Positions 29,485 through 38,590 of a stretch of DNA of 64,000 nt are shown here, one piece after another (the first letter of the stretch is position 1; every line of letters starts with the position of its first letter). Below the pieces are notes generated by a model. It was not told the DNA's origin, searched no databases, and worked only from the letters and a program-made list of their open reading frames with translations. The position numbers were made by a program, and so were the translations under genes. Source of the DNA: an uncultured Acidobacteriota bacterium. GTDB lineage: Bacteria; Acidobacteriota; Terriglobia; UBA7540. The stretch spans positions 448,001 through 512,000 of the forward strand of contig CAWDSK010000003.1 in the NCBI GenBank assembly GCA_963804995.1, written 5' to 3'.

Positions 29485-31110
29485 TTGGAATCGATCCGCA
29501 TGAGCACCTGGGTTCTCACAGCACTCTGGCTGGAAACCAGCACGCTGGCCGACATCGTGCATAATTTCCAGCTTACGGCCAAACAAGACGACCTGCTTCC
29601 GCTCTCCATCATTTTCCTGGGAACCGCAGCCGTGCTGGCCATGTTGGTGCGCCGCCAGAGAGCCCATATCCGGGTTGCGGTGCTGATGTTCGGCCTCGCG
29701 CTTTTCCTGGCATGCTTTTCGGTTGTCCCGGCGGCCTTCGGGTGGTCATCGGCCGCGCGCGCGCTTCATGCCGCGGGACTTTTGTTGGCTGGCTTTGCAG
29801 GGGTGAAACTCGCCAGCATTATCGTGTTCGATGTGCTTTTGTACTTCACTCCCTTCTCCCCGCCCCAAGTGCTGCGCGACCTCCTTGTAGCGGCAGGATA
29901 CGGGGGATTAGCCCTTTGGTTGCTTTCGCGTTGGGGATTCTCAGTCACTAGCCTGGTGGCCACCTCTGCGGTCGTGACCGGTGTGGTTGTCTTTTCCTTG
30001 CAAGACAGCCTCTCCAACATTCTGGGTGGACTGGTCCTGCAGATTGATGAAAGCTTCTCAGTTGGCGATTGGGTCAAGATCGATCAGACCTCCGGCCTAG
30101 TAAGAGAAATTACCTGGCGCCACGTTGCCATCGAGACGCGCAACTGGGATACGGTGATTATTCCCAACAGCGTCCTGATCAAGTCGCAGGTATTGATACA
30201 GGGGCGGCGCTCCGGAGAGCCAACCCAGGAGCGCCGCTGGATTTATTTCAACGTGGATTTCCGCGTTCCACCCACCGAGGTCATTCGCGTCGTGACCGAC
30301 GCGCTGGTAGCCGAGCCCGTGGAAGGGTCCGCGCTGGAACCCCCGCCCAATTGCATCCTGATGGACTTCAAAGAAAGCTACTGCCAATACGCGGCTCGCT
30401 ATTGGCTGACCAACTTGGCGAAAGACGACCCAACGGATTCGCTGGTGCGCAGCCGGATTTACTTCGCCCTGGAGCGCGCAGGTATCTCGCTCTCTGTTCC
30501 CGCTTACACAACCTTTGTCGAACAGCGGGACGTTGAGCGCGAGAGGCTGCACCACGAGCATGAGATCTCACAGCGAATAAGCGCTCTCGACCTGGCTCGC
30601 GTGGAGCTCTTCCGCGAAATGAACGATGAGGAGCGGCGCAAGCTGGCGGAGCGTCTGCGCTATGCCCCCTTTATGAAGGGGGAATTGATGACACGGCAAG
30701 GCGCGGAAGCTCATTGGCTGTACCTCCTGACCCGAGGGTCGGCGGAAGTGATCGTCTCGACCGACAGCGGCGTGCACAAGCGGGTCAACATCCTGAAGGC
30801 TGGCGACTTCTTTGGCGAGATGTCGCTGCTCACCGGCGAACCTCGCAGCGCATCATTGAAGGCGCTCGAAGATTCCGAGTGCTATCGCTTGGATCGGCAG
30901 GCGTTTGAGGATATCTTGCACGGCCGCCCTGAAATCGCCAATTACCTTTCGGAACTTCTGGCACGCCGGAAAGTGGAAATCGAAACCGTCCGCCAGGATT
31001 TGGATGCTGAAGCGCGAGCCAACATGATGCAGCATCAGCAGAAGAGTATCTTTAATAGCATTCACAAACTTTTCGGACTCGGCAGCACGACTCCGAAACC
31101 AGCGGAGTGA
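29485..31110 (+). CDS. MscS mechanosensitive channel with C-terminal cyclic nucleotide-binding domain
   Basis: LQDSLSNILGG, FSVGDWV, IIPNS; GDFFGEMSLLTGEPRSAS. Confidence 0.9.
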   Translation: MESIRMSTWVLTALWLETSTLADIVHNFQLTAKQDDLLPLSIIFLGTAAVLAMLVRRQRAHIRVAVLMFGLALFLACFSVVPAAFGWSSAARALHAAGLLLAGFAGVKLASIIVFDVLLYFTPFSPPQVLRDLLVAAGYGGLALWLLSRWGFSVTSLVATSAVVTGVVVFSLQDSLSNILGGLVLQIDESFSVGDWVKIDQTSGLVREITWRHVAIETRNWDTVIIPNSVLIKSQVLIQGRRSGEPTQERRWIYFNVDFRVPPTEVIRVVTDALVAEPVEGSALEPPPNCILMDFKESYCQYAARYWLTNLAKDDPTDSLVRSRIYFALERAGISLSVPAYTTFVEQRDVERERLHHEHEISQRISALDLARVELFREMNDEERRKLAERLRYAPFMKGELMTRQGAEAHWLYLLTRGSAEVIVSTDSGVHKRVNILKAGDFFGEMSLLTGEPRSASLKALEDSECYRLDRQAFEDILHGRPEIANYLSELLARRKVEIETVRQDLDAEARANMMQHQQKSIFNSIHKLFGLGSTTPKPAE

Positions 31111-31236
31111 ACACCGCTCACATTCCAAGCGACAAGTCTCGGACCTGCCTGCCGACACCTAACAGTGAACCCTGTCTCTTTCTCAATGGAGCGGAGGGGG
31201 AGAATTGGATTTACAACCCTCGCCCTCGTGCTTAAC

Positions 31237-31347
31237 GCAGCGGAACCGCACGTAAAAAGCCATAGGAAGAAAACGCATGAGGTTGGGAAATTTGGTGGGA
31301 CCTCGCTCGCTATGCCCCGCGGAGAGCAACATGTGGGACAGTCCCAC
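31237..31347. repeat. Dispersed ~110-bp repeat ending in a GTGGGAC...GTCCCAC hairpin (copy 2)
   Basis: Aligns by eye with 7495-7606. Confidence 0.65.
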
Positions 31348-31486
31348 TTCTTTACAAACAGTCGCGGGCCTGCATAAGTAGAGTGGGACAACCGGCGATG
31401 CTCGGCCCAACCCTCGCCCCCAAAGAGGGTCGCTCTGAAACAAATGAGAAGCTTTTTGGTCCGGCTGGTGGGGGGAGCTTCGAGGA

Positions 31487-31930
31487 CTATTCCTGGCAGC
31501 GGTCGCAGAGGCCGCCCGCTTCCACTCGCACCACTTTGATGCGGAACTGCTGCTCGCGCTCAATCTGGCCCTTCAGTTTTTCAAACAGCGAGCTTTCAAA
31601 CTCCAGAATGCGTCCGCATTTCAGACAGGCCAGGTGAATGTGGTCGCGGGTGGTTTTGGCTTCGTAGTAATGCTTGCCGCCCTCCAGGTGCATCAGGTCC
31701 AGCTCATCCACCAGGCCGTGTTTCTTCAGCATCGCCAGGGTTCGATAGACCGTGACTTTGTTGAGCGTGGAATCTTGTTGCTTGGCGCGTTGCCACAGCC
31801 CCACCGCATCCAGATGACCGTCCGCGCTCTGGATGATCTCGACCAGCAGGCGGCGCTGACGCGTCATTCGTACGCCGCGTGAAACCAATTCCTGTTCGAG
31901 CGGGCGACGCGAAACACGTGTTTCTTCCAT
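31487..31930 (-). CDS. Fur family transcriptional regulator
   Basis: RMTRQR, TVYRTL, HIHLACLKCG, GLCDRC. Confidence 0.92.
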   Translation of the reverse strand: MEETRVSRRPLEQELVSRGVRMTRQRRLLVEIIQSADGHLDAVGLWQRAKQQDSTLNKVTVYRTLAMLKKHGLVDELDLMHLEGGKHYYEAKTTRDHIHLACLKCGRILEFESSLFEKLKGQIEREQQFRIKVVRVEAGGLCDRCQE

Positions 31931-32008
31931 ACTTTCCTCGCTGCCCTGAAGTCCTGGCTTTCTCCTTCTAGTTTGGCTTTCGGATTCGAGCCTGTCAACG
32001 AGATTCCC

Positions 32009-32118
32009 GCTAATGGTGCAGTTTGATGTAGAGGCGGCGGTATTTACCCCAATCCTATCGGGACGCCGCCCTATGGCGAGGTAAACTCGCCGCTACAACA
32101 TCAAACTGCACCACCATC
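32009..32118. mobile_element. MITE with IS1-like ends, GTAG REP core and 8-bp target duplication
   Basis: TGGTGCAGTTTGATG/CATCAAACTGCACCA; flanks AGATTCCC/AGATTCTC (7/8); core closely matches 12918-13027. Confidence 0.78.
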
Positions 32119-32281
32119 AGATTCTCCGCCCGCTAGCGGATGGCGGTCACCACGGCAAAGCGCTCTCGGGAGACAAACCGTTGTACACTGATGGCAACGA
32201 GATCAAGCTGGAGATCCCGCTTATGCCTTTCGCGTGCTCGAAGCTCTTGCTCAGCAAGAAATCAGCCCAGGGAGAACTCTG

Positions 32282-32785
32282 ATGAACAGGCTTTGGATTG
32301 CATTGCGCACCACAGTTTATGCGGCCATATTCCTGGCGTTGTGGGCTTGGGTTGCATTGATGTGTCGTGCCCTCGACAAATACATCCCGCTCCGGGTGCC
32401 CGGCTGGTTAATAGTGCCGGGTGTCGTACTGTTTCTGGCGGGCGCGGCGCTGGGACTCACCACGATCGGGTTATTCATTTTCGAAGGCCTGGGCACCCCG
32501 GCGGTGTTTGATCCCCCGAAAAAGTTTGTGCCCAAGGGCCCCTACCGGCTTGTCCGGAATCCCATGTACGTCGGAGGCGTCTCGATGTTATTCGGCCTGG
32601 GCCTCTATCTTGCCTCCGTCTCGATGGTCATCTTTGCGTTTGTTGCGATCCTGTTGATCCACACGTTCGTCGTCCTGGCAGAAGAGCCCGGACTGCGGAA
32701 AAGATTTGGGAAGGAGTACGAGGACTATTGCCGCACCGTACCGCGTTGGATTCCGCGCATAACTAACCGGCATCTTCCAACCTAA
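32282..32785 (+). CDS. Isoprenylcysteine carboxyl methyltransferase/PEMT-like membrane protein
   Basis: GTPAVFDPP, GPYRLVRNPMYVG, EEPGLRKRFGKEYEDY, VPRWIP. Confidence 0.88.
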   Translation: MNRLWIALRTTVYAAIFLALWAWVALMCRALDKYIPLRVPGWLIVPGVVLFLAGAALGLTTIGLFIFEGLGTPAVFDPPKKFVPKGPYRLVRNPMYVGGVSMLFGLGLYLASVSMVIFAFVAILLIHTFVVLAEEPGLRKRFGKEYEDYCRTVPRWIPRITNRHLPT

Positions 32786-33006
32786 CCTGCGGGACCAATT
32801 CCTGCGCGGCTGCGAGGTCAGTCATCCGCGTTCCCTGCAAGGCCACGGTGGCGGCGCTGGCGGCCACCGCCAATCGAAAGGCGGCGCGTCTTGACCCCTC
32901 AGCAGCGATGGCTTACTGGGGAGAATTTGAAGCCCTGCGCATGAGTGAAGGTCACGGCTCGAGGAATGAAGAAAAGAAGGCTGCCCTGGAAAAGGTAAAT
33001 TCGCTT

Positions 33007-33168
33007 GCTGCCTTCTGCCTACTGACTTCCGCTTTCTGCCTACTGACTTCCGCTTTCTGCTTTCTGCCTACTGCCTTCCGCTTTCTGCTTTCCGCTTTCT
33101 GCTTTCTGCCTACTGCCTTCCGCTTTCTGCTTTCTGCCTACTGCCTTCTGCTTTCTGCCTTCTGCCTT
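33007..33168. repeat. Heptameric tandem repeat tract (GCTTTCT/GCCTACT/GCCTTCT variants, over 20 units)
   Basis: Direct reading of the sequence just downstream of the PhzF-family stop. Confidence 0.9.
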
Positions 33169-33955
33169 AAACCAACTCCCCACGCATGACCGTGACAGCT
33201 TGGCCGCTCAGTTTCACGCGGTTACCCTCTAAGCGCACCTTCACCACCCCGCCGCGAGCCGAGGCCTGATAGGCCACGAATTCCGTCTTGCCCAGACGTT
33301 TCGCCCAGAACGGGCCGAGCACGCAGTGCGCCGAGCCCGTCACCGGGTCTTCATCCACGCCCACGCCCGGGGCAAAGAAGCGGGAGACAAAATCAAATCC
33401 CTGGCTCTCCGCCCGCGCCGTCACAATCACCCCGCGTGCCTGCGTACGTTTAAGCAAAGTGAAATCCGGCGCCAGGTTGCGCACGGTCTGCTCGGAGTCG
33501 ACTTCAACGAGAAAATCAAACTGGCTTTTGCCCACGTAACGTGGCGTGACGCCCAACCCCTGCACTAACTCGTCCCAGGGTGTGGCAGGCTCCTCGGGCT
33601 TGGCGGGGAAATCCAATTCAATCCATTCGCCCTGACGCTCGGCGGTGAGTAACCCGCTCAAAGTATGGAAGCGCGCCTGCTCGTGCGGATTCATCGTGCC
33701 GGTCTCCCAAAGAATGTGCGCACTTGCCAGCGTGGCGTGCCCGCAGAGATCCACTTCCACGGTCGGCGTCAACCAACGCAGATTGAAGCCATCCGCCTGC
33801 GGCACCAGAAAAGCCGTCTCCGACAAATTCATCTCGCGCGCCACGTCACGCATCCACGCTTCGTCGGCCGGAGCGGGCAGAATGCAAACCGCCGCGGGGT
33901 TCCCGGCAAACGCCCGGCTGGTAAATGCGTCCACCTGGTAAATTGTCTGGCCCAT
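33167..33955 (-). CDS. PhzF family isomerase
   Basis: [39 protein letters not shown]. Confidence 0.93.
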   Translation of the reverse strand: MGQTIYQVDAFTSRAFAGNPAAVCILPAPADEAWMRDVAREMNLSETAFLVPQADGFNLRWLTPTVEVDLCGHATLASAHILWETGTMNPHEQARFHTLSGLLTAERQGEWIELDFPAKPEEPATPWDELVQGLGVTPRYVGKSQFDFLVEVDSEQTVRNLAPDFTLLKRTQARGVIVTARAESQGFDFVSRFFAPGVGVDEDPVTGSAHCVLGPFWAKRLGKTEFVAYQASARGGVVKVRLEGNRVKLSGQAVTVMRGELV

Positions 33956-34174
33956 GGTTTCCCCCTTCGCTTGCCTCCCAGCGCGCTCAGCCCGAAATCT
34001 TTTTCACTTACGCACTGTCAAGGAGACTCCCTGCAGTTCGACCTTAGAACCCCCTCACCCCTGGCCTCTCTTTCGCCGCAGCGACCGAGGGGAGAGTTAA
34101 ATTGAATATACTCCACTCACTCCGATATGACAGGGGGTACTAACAACTGAACGCTGCGAACCGAAAACTTACAA

Positions 34175-34250
34175 CCCTCGCCCATTTGGGGGAGAGGGTG
34201 GACCGCAGCCGGCGTTTTCATCAGCCGGGGCGGGACGGGTGAGGGGGTCA
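34175..34250. repeat. CCCTCACCC/CCCTCTCCC palindromic core (inverted copy)
   Basis: Reverse complement nearly identical to 13156-13228 and 14472-14545. Confidence 0.75.
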
Positions 34251-34365
34251 CCCATGCACAAATTGAAAAGCTGTTTGTTGAAACTCTCAATGTGAACAGC
34301 ATGGCGCCTCCCCCGCTTCTTAGCACACCCTGCGGACCCGTAAAGCCGTGTCCTCCCGCACCACA

Positions 34366-36471
34366 CTACTCACCACCTTTTAGATGACGATCAAAGAAAT
34401 CCGTTGCAGCATGAAAAGCCGCGAGCCAGTGCTCGTGCGTCAGAAAATCATGCACCTCGTCGGGGAAGACGATTTGCTGAAACTGCACGCCCTGCTTCCG
34501 CAACGCCTCCACAAGCTGCACCATATTCCCAAAAGCCACGTTGCGGTCGTCGTCGCCTTGAATCAGCAGCACGGGTGAGCGCCAGGTCTTCACATCCGCC
34601 AGCGGCGAAGACTCAAACGCCACGCGCGCCCTCTCCTGCAAGACTTGGGGATTCTCCGCCGGAAGCATTTGGGGGAACTCCAGATTCCAGTCGTGCACGC
34701 CGTGCAGATCCACGCCGCAGGCAAACAGGTCGGAAGCTCGCGCCAGGCCCAGCGCCGTCAGGTAACCGCCATAGGAGCCGCCCCACAGGCCGATGTGTGC
34801 GGAGTCGACATCCGGGCGGGAACGCAGGTACTGCCCCGCTCCCCGCACGTCATTAAACTCACTCGCCCCCGTAGCGCCGTAGTTCAAAGCTTCGCGAAAT
34901 TCCATCCCGTAGCCAATGCCGCTGCGATAATTTACCGATAGCACCGCGTAACCACGGCTGGCCAAATACTGATTCAGGCCATACGCGTTGTGGTAATACT
35001 GCATATAATTCCAGCCCAGCAGCATCTGCCGGCGTGAGCCTCCGTGGAAAAAGACCACGGCGGGATGTCGCTCGCCCTCCCGGCCGTGCGGAGGCAGAAA
35101 GAGCTGACCGTGTATTTTCAGGCCGTCCGCCGCTGCGAAGACCACCGGCTGCGGCTCAACCAACTGGCGAGTGGGAAAATCCGCGGGGATGGCTTGCGGC
35201 GCAAGGTCGCGGAGTTCACCGTTGTCCATGACCATGGCGGGCCGGGCGGGCCAGCGTGCATCCGAATGTAGCAGTATGATGTGATGTCCGTCGCTCGTCA
35301 CGACAGGCGACCATTCGATGCCCTGACCGCCCTTTAACAGTCGTGGCTCATCGCCCGCCGTGGGTTCGATCGATACGTGCCGCCGGTCGGCATCCTGCAA
35401 ATTTGAATTGAAAACCACTTCCCCGCGGTTGGGCGTCAGGGCAACATCTTCAACTTCGCCCTCTCCCGGGGTCATCAGTCGGGCCTCACCGCCCGCCACC
35501 GGCACCGAGTAAAGATGCGTCCAGCCGTCTCCCTCCCAGGGAAAGATCAAACGATTGCCAGCCGCCCAAAACAGTTGCTGCTCGGCTACAACTCCACGGA
35601 AGACGCTTCCCGGCCCTTCGTAAGCTTTCCAAACCTCGCGCCCCGTGCCGGTGGCCACATCCGCCACACGAATCGACCAGGGCGGGCCGGCGCGCTTGGC
35701 GCCGAATACGTTCGCATCCTTCCAGGCGGGCATACGCAGAAAAGCGATCTGCCTGCCGTCCGGCGACCACACGGGTTCCACATCGCGGTCTACACTCGCG
35801 TCGAGGTATTGCAGGTCCTTCTGAGCTACATCGTACACGCCGATGAAACTGTGATCCTCGCGCACGCTGACCATTGCCAGCTTCGATCCATCCGGAGACC
35901 AGCGTAATGAGCGCGCCTTCCCTTTCGCGTGGATAAGCTGGGCCGGCTTCTCGCTCCCGTCAAGCTTTGCGGACCAAACCTGGTCTTTGAAAATAAAGAC
36001 GACCCGATCGCCTTTGGGCGCGATTGCCGGAGAATGCCCTTCGCCCACCTTGCGAGGCGTACCGCCCGCGAGCGAAACGATCCATATATCTTGCTCCACA
36101 CCTTGCGGGGAACTTCGCGGGTTGGGCGCTTCGTGCAGTGTTTCGAAATCGCCGCCGCGTGCGTAAAGAATAGCGCGAGCGTCAGGGGTCCAGCAGAGTT
36201 CGGCAATTTCCTGCCCATCGTCCGCGGTGTAGGAAGTGATGGCGTGAGCCTGATAATCCGGCGGCTCCGCTACCCAGATATTCCGCACGCCGCGCGTGTC
36301 GAATACCCAGGCGACCTTGCCACCCGCGGGCGCCGCCACCAACTCGCTCGGGAACGGAGCGCTCATTATCTGTTCGAGTGTGAATGGCTGCTGCTGCGCC
36401 GGTCCCCGCGCCGGGAGGAGCAGCACCGCAAGCACTGCGCAAAGCAAAAGGCTTGACCTGACTTTTCTCAT
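34366..36471 (-). CDS. S9 family (prolyl oligopeptidase/DPP-like) serine peptidase
   Basis: Signal peptide, WSPDG propeller repeats, GGSYGG, DDRNV, DEVHDF. Confidence 0.92.
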   Translation of the reverse strand: MRKVRSSLLLCAVLAVLLLPARGPAQQQPFTLEQIMSAPFPSELVAAPAGGKVAWVFDTRGVRNIWVAEPPDYQAHAITSYTADDGQEIAELCWTPDARAILYARGGDFETLHEAPNPRSSPQGVEQDIWIVSLAGGTPRKVGEGHSPAIAPKGDRVVFIFKDQVWSAKLDGSEKPAQLIHAKGKARSLRWSPDGSKLAMVSVREDHSFIGVYDVAQKDLQYLDASVDRDVEPVWSPDGRQIAFLRMPAWKDANVFGAKRAGPPWSIRVADVATGTGREVWKAYEGPGSVFRGVVAEQQLFWAAGNRLIFPWEGDGWTHLYSVPVAGGEARLMTPGEGEVEDVALTPNRGEVVFNSNLQDADRRHVSIEPTAGDEPRLLKGGQGIEWSPVVTSDGHHIILLHSDARWPARPAMVMDNGELRDLAPQAIPADFPTRQLVEPQPVVFAAADGLKIHGQLFLPPHGREGERHPAVVFFHGGSRRQMLLGWNYMQYYHNAYGLNQYLASRGYAVLSVNYRSGIGYGMEFREALNYGATGASEFNDVRGAGQYLRSRPDVDSAHIGLWGGSYGGYLTALGLARASDLFACGVDLHGVHDWNLEFPQMLPAENPQVLQERARVAFESSPLADVKTWRSPVLLIQGDDDRNVAFGNMVQLVEALRKQGVQFQQIVFPDEVHDFLTHEHWLAAFHAATDFFDRHLKGGE

Positions 36472-36597
36472 GGGAGGAACTCCTGGCAGACCTCGCGACC
36501 CAATCCTGGTGGGGCCATGGCAAGCCCGGCAAAATCCATCAGCAAGGCGATGGTTCGAAGCGCATCATCTGCGTTTGCCGGCTAAACGAGCCGAAGC

Positions 36598-37326
36598 TCA
36601 TCGCACCTGGGTGACTTGTGCGGGAGTGGCAGGGCCGGGGAGAAGTCGTTTAAGAGTCTGCTCAACTTCTGCAGGCTTGAACCCATAGGGCCCCGGCCGG
36701 CTCTTGTAAGCCACCCGCCCGTCACGGTCAATTACGTACAGCCGGTCCGGCCACGCCGTGTATGCCCATTCCGTGGAGTTCTGCAGGTCGTCGATAACAG
36801 CAGGAATCCGCAGCGCCAATTTGGTAGCACATTTATCGGCCACGTCACAGCGTTCAACCAGCGTGCTAGGAGTGCTCACCGCAATCTTCTCTTTTAGATT
36901 GTCTTCGTCCTGCCAGGCATCGACCGGATGGGCTTCCAGAATGTAGACCACGTAGAAAGCTGCGCGGCTTTGGTACCGATCGAAGAGTTTGTTAAGCGCG
37001 GGAACCTCCCGGCGAAACGGCGGTCAGGTATAACTTCCGAAGACGAGCACCACGGGCTTTTGCTGGCGGAAGGACGCCAGTTGAACTCGCGCTTGCCGAT
37101 CCGCGGTGGGCAGGTTGAAGTCAGGCGCCCGCTCGCCCACCTGCAAGTGGCCCGCGCGCGCAAAGAACCAGAGTTGTTTGAACGGAACCACCATCATCAT
37201 CGGCTCGGGCACGTGACGCATGACTCAACCGAACACGGTGGGCTGGCGCATCACTGCCAGGAGCGCCACTACGACCAAGCCATAGGCGACGGCCAAGACC
37301 ATCACGAATTTACGCATTTTTCGCAT
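36598..37326 (-). CDS. Iodothyronine deiodinase-like selenoprotein (UGA at 37024-37026 read as Sec; second in-frame UGA at 37225-37227)
   Basis: Three ORF fragments share one frame: TM anchor, GERAPDF, PVVLVFGSYT-UGA-PPF, VYILEAHP, AYTAWPDRLYVI. Confidence 0.85.
36997..37014 (-). promoter_or_regulatory. Putative bacterial SECIS hairpin
   Basis: CG(C)CGGGA-GGU-UCCCGCG starting about 10 nt after the UGA; apical AGGU at +20 to +23. Confidence 0.65.
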
Positions 37327-37399
37327 CAGAAGATTCTGCCCTGACGAACCCTGCGTCAATTTACCACATTGGAGAAAAACCCAAAAGCGTCGCAGACAG

Positions 37400-37756
37400 C
37401 TACAGATCCAATGGCTCAAGCAAGGCTTCGATGTTGTCCTCACCCACGAGCAGGTTCAAGCCCTCATCCCGCAGGCGATCCAGTTCATCGAAGGCGCGAA
37501 ACAGGCGCATCTTGGCGAGCGCGTACATTTCGCTCGAATCCAGCTCCCGCCCGTGCGCCTGTCGCCACGCGGCCAAGGCGCGATCCGATACAAACACGCG
37601 CAGGGTGAAGGGTGGTTGCTGATCCGGTGTGACAACGAAAATGAAGTCCGCGCCGGAGCCTGCCCCCTCCGGCCGATTTACGCGCCGGCTGCTGGCGAAG
37701 AAATATTGGTACAACGTCCCCGTTTCAGCCGCGTAGATTTTGTAGCGACGCGCCAT
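37400..37756 (-). CDS. Hypothetical protein
   Basis: Protein-like composition (YAAETGTLYQYF, YALAKMRLFRAFD); GAGGA RBS; co-oriented in operon. Confidence 0.7.
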   Translation of the reverse strand: MARRYKIYAAETGTLYQYFFASSRRVNRPEGAGSGADFIFVVTPDQQPPFTLRVFVSDRALAAWRQAHGRELDSSEMYALAKMRLFRAFDELDRLRDEGLNLLVGEDNIEALLEPLDL

Positions 37757-37849
37757 CCCGGTTCCTCATGCTCCGAGGTTTGAGATTGATTGCCGACTTC
37801 GCCCGCCTGCTTCGCGCGCAAATCCCCACGGACAGAGGCCGCAGCCGAC

Positions 37850-38590
37850 TCAGTTGGATTTATTGGGGCTGCGTAGACAGGTTGCCTGGCCGGCGCCCAG
37901 GACAATCTGGGTAACGTGATCAGGCAGCGCAATGGGTTTGCCCAGATCAAACTTGTAACGCGGCTGGAGATAGTTCACCAGCACGAAATCCACCAGCCAA
38001 CTCGGTACGGCCATAGTTCCTACCGTCACGGTTTCGATCTGCACCTTGGCCAGCCCGTTCCCCGACTGTACTTTCCCCGCCACGGTCACGCGCTGCTTCC
38101 CTTTGAACATCGTCGCCAGAATCTTCGGACCCCAGTCGTTGGGATTAGTGTACAGGCGGCTGAACTCATCAAAGTTGATATCCCCCAACGCGGTTACATG
38201 CTCGGGCAGAAAGTGGACGGAGGGGTTGGCCACGCCGGGCGGAAGAAATTCGCGGCCATGAATCTGCAGATAGGAATCCGCCTCGAAGTCGGTGATGGTG
38301 ATCGCCGGGTACGACTTGCGAGGCTTCGCCTCCACGGTCTGCAGCACTCGTAGTTTCTTATCCAGCGCTTGCGCTGCGGATTGGGCACTCTCCGCACCAC
38401 CGGGTGTGGGCAGTCCAACAAGCAAAAGAAGCGCCGACGCCACCAGCACCGCTCCCGCGACTGTGCGCAGGAAACGCGGCAGGTGCGCCAACTGATGGCG
38501 CGCGCTCCTTGCTGACTCTGGTTCCATGGCATCTTTCAAAATTGTCCCTCGCGACAACCCTCGCGTCCCCGTCGCGCCCCGCTGCGACAA
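37850..38590 (-). CDS. Hypothetical exported protein
   Basis: Signal/TM segment; directly follows the AsmA gene; ATG 38527 is an alternative start. Confidence 0.65.
   Translation of the reverse strand: MSQRGATGTRGLSRGTILKDAMEPESARSARHQLAHLPRFLRTVAGAVLVASALLLLVGLPTPGGAESAQSAAQALDKKLRVLQTVEAKPRKSYPAITITDFEADSYLQIHGREFLPPGVANPSVHFLPEHVTALGDINFDEFSRLYTNPNDWGPKILATMFKGKQRVTVAGKVQSGNGLAKVQIETVTVGTMAVPSWLVDFVLVNYLQPRYKFDLGKPIALPDHVTQIVLGAGQATCLRSPNKSN

Noticed and set aside
32848..33189. 113-aa ORF with [10 protein letters not shown] repeats
   Set aside because: Translation of the heptamer tract; no protein-like features
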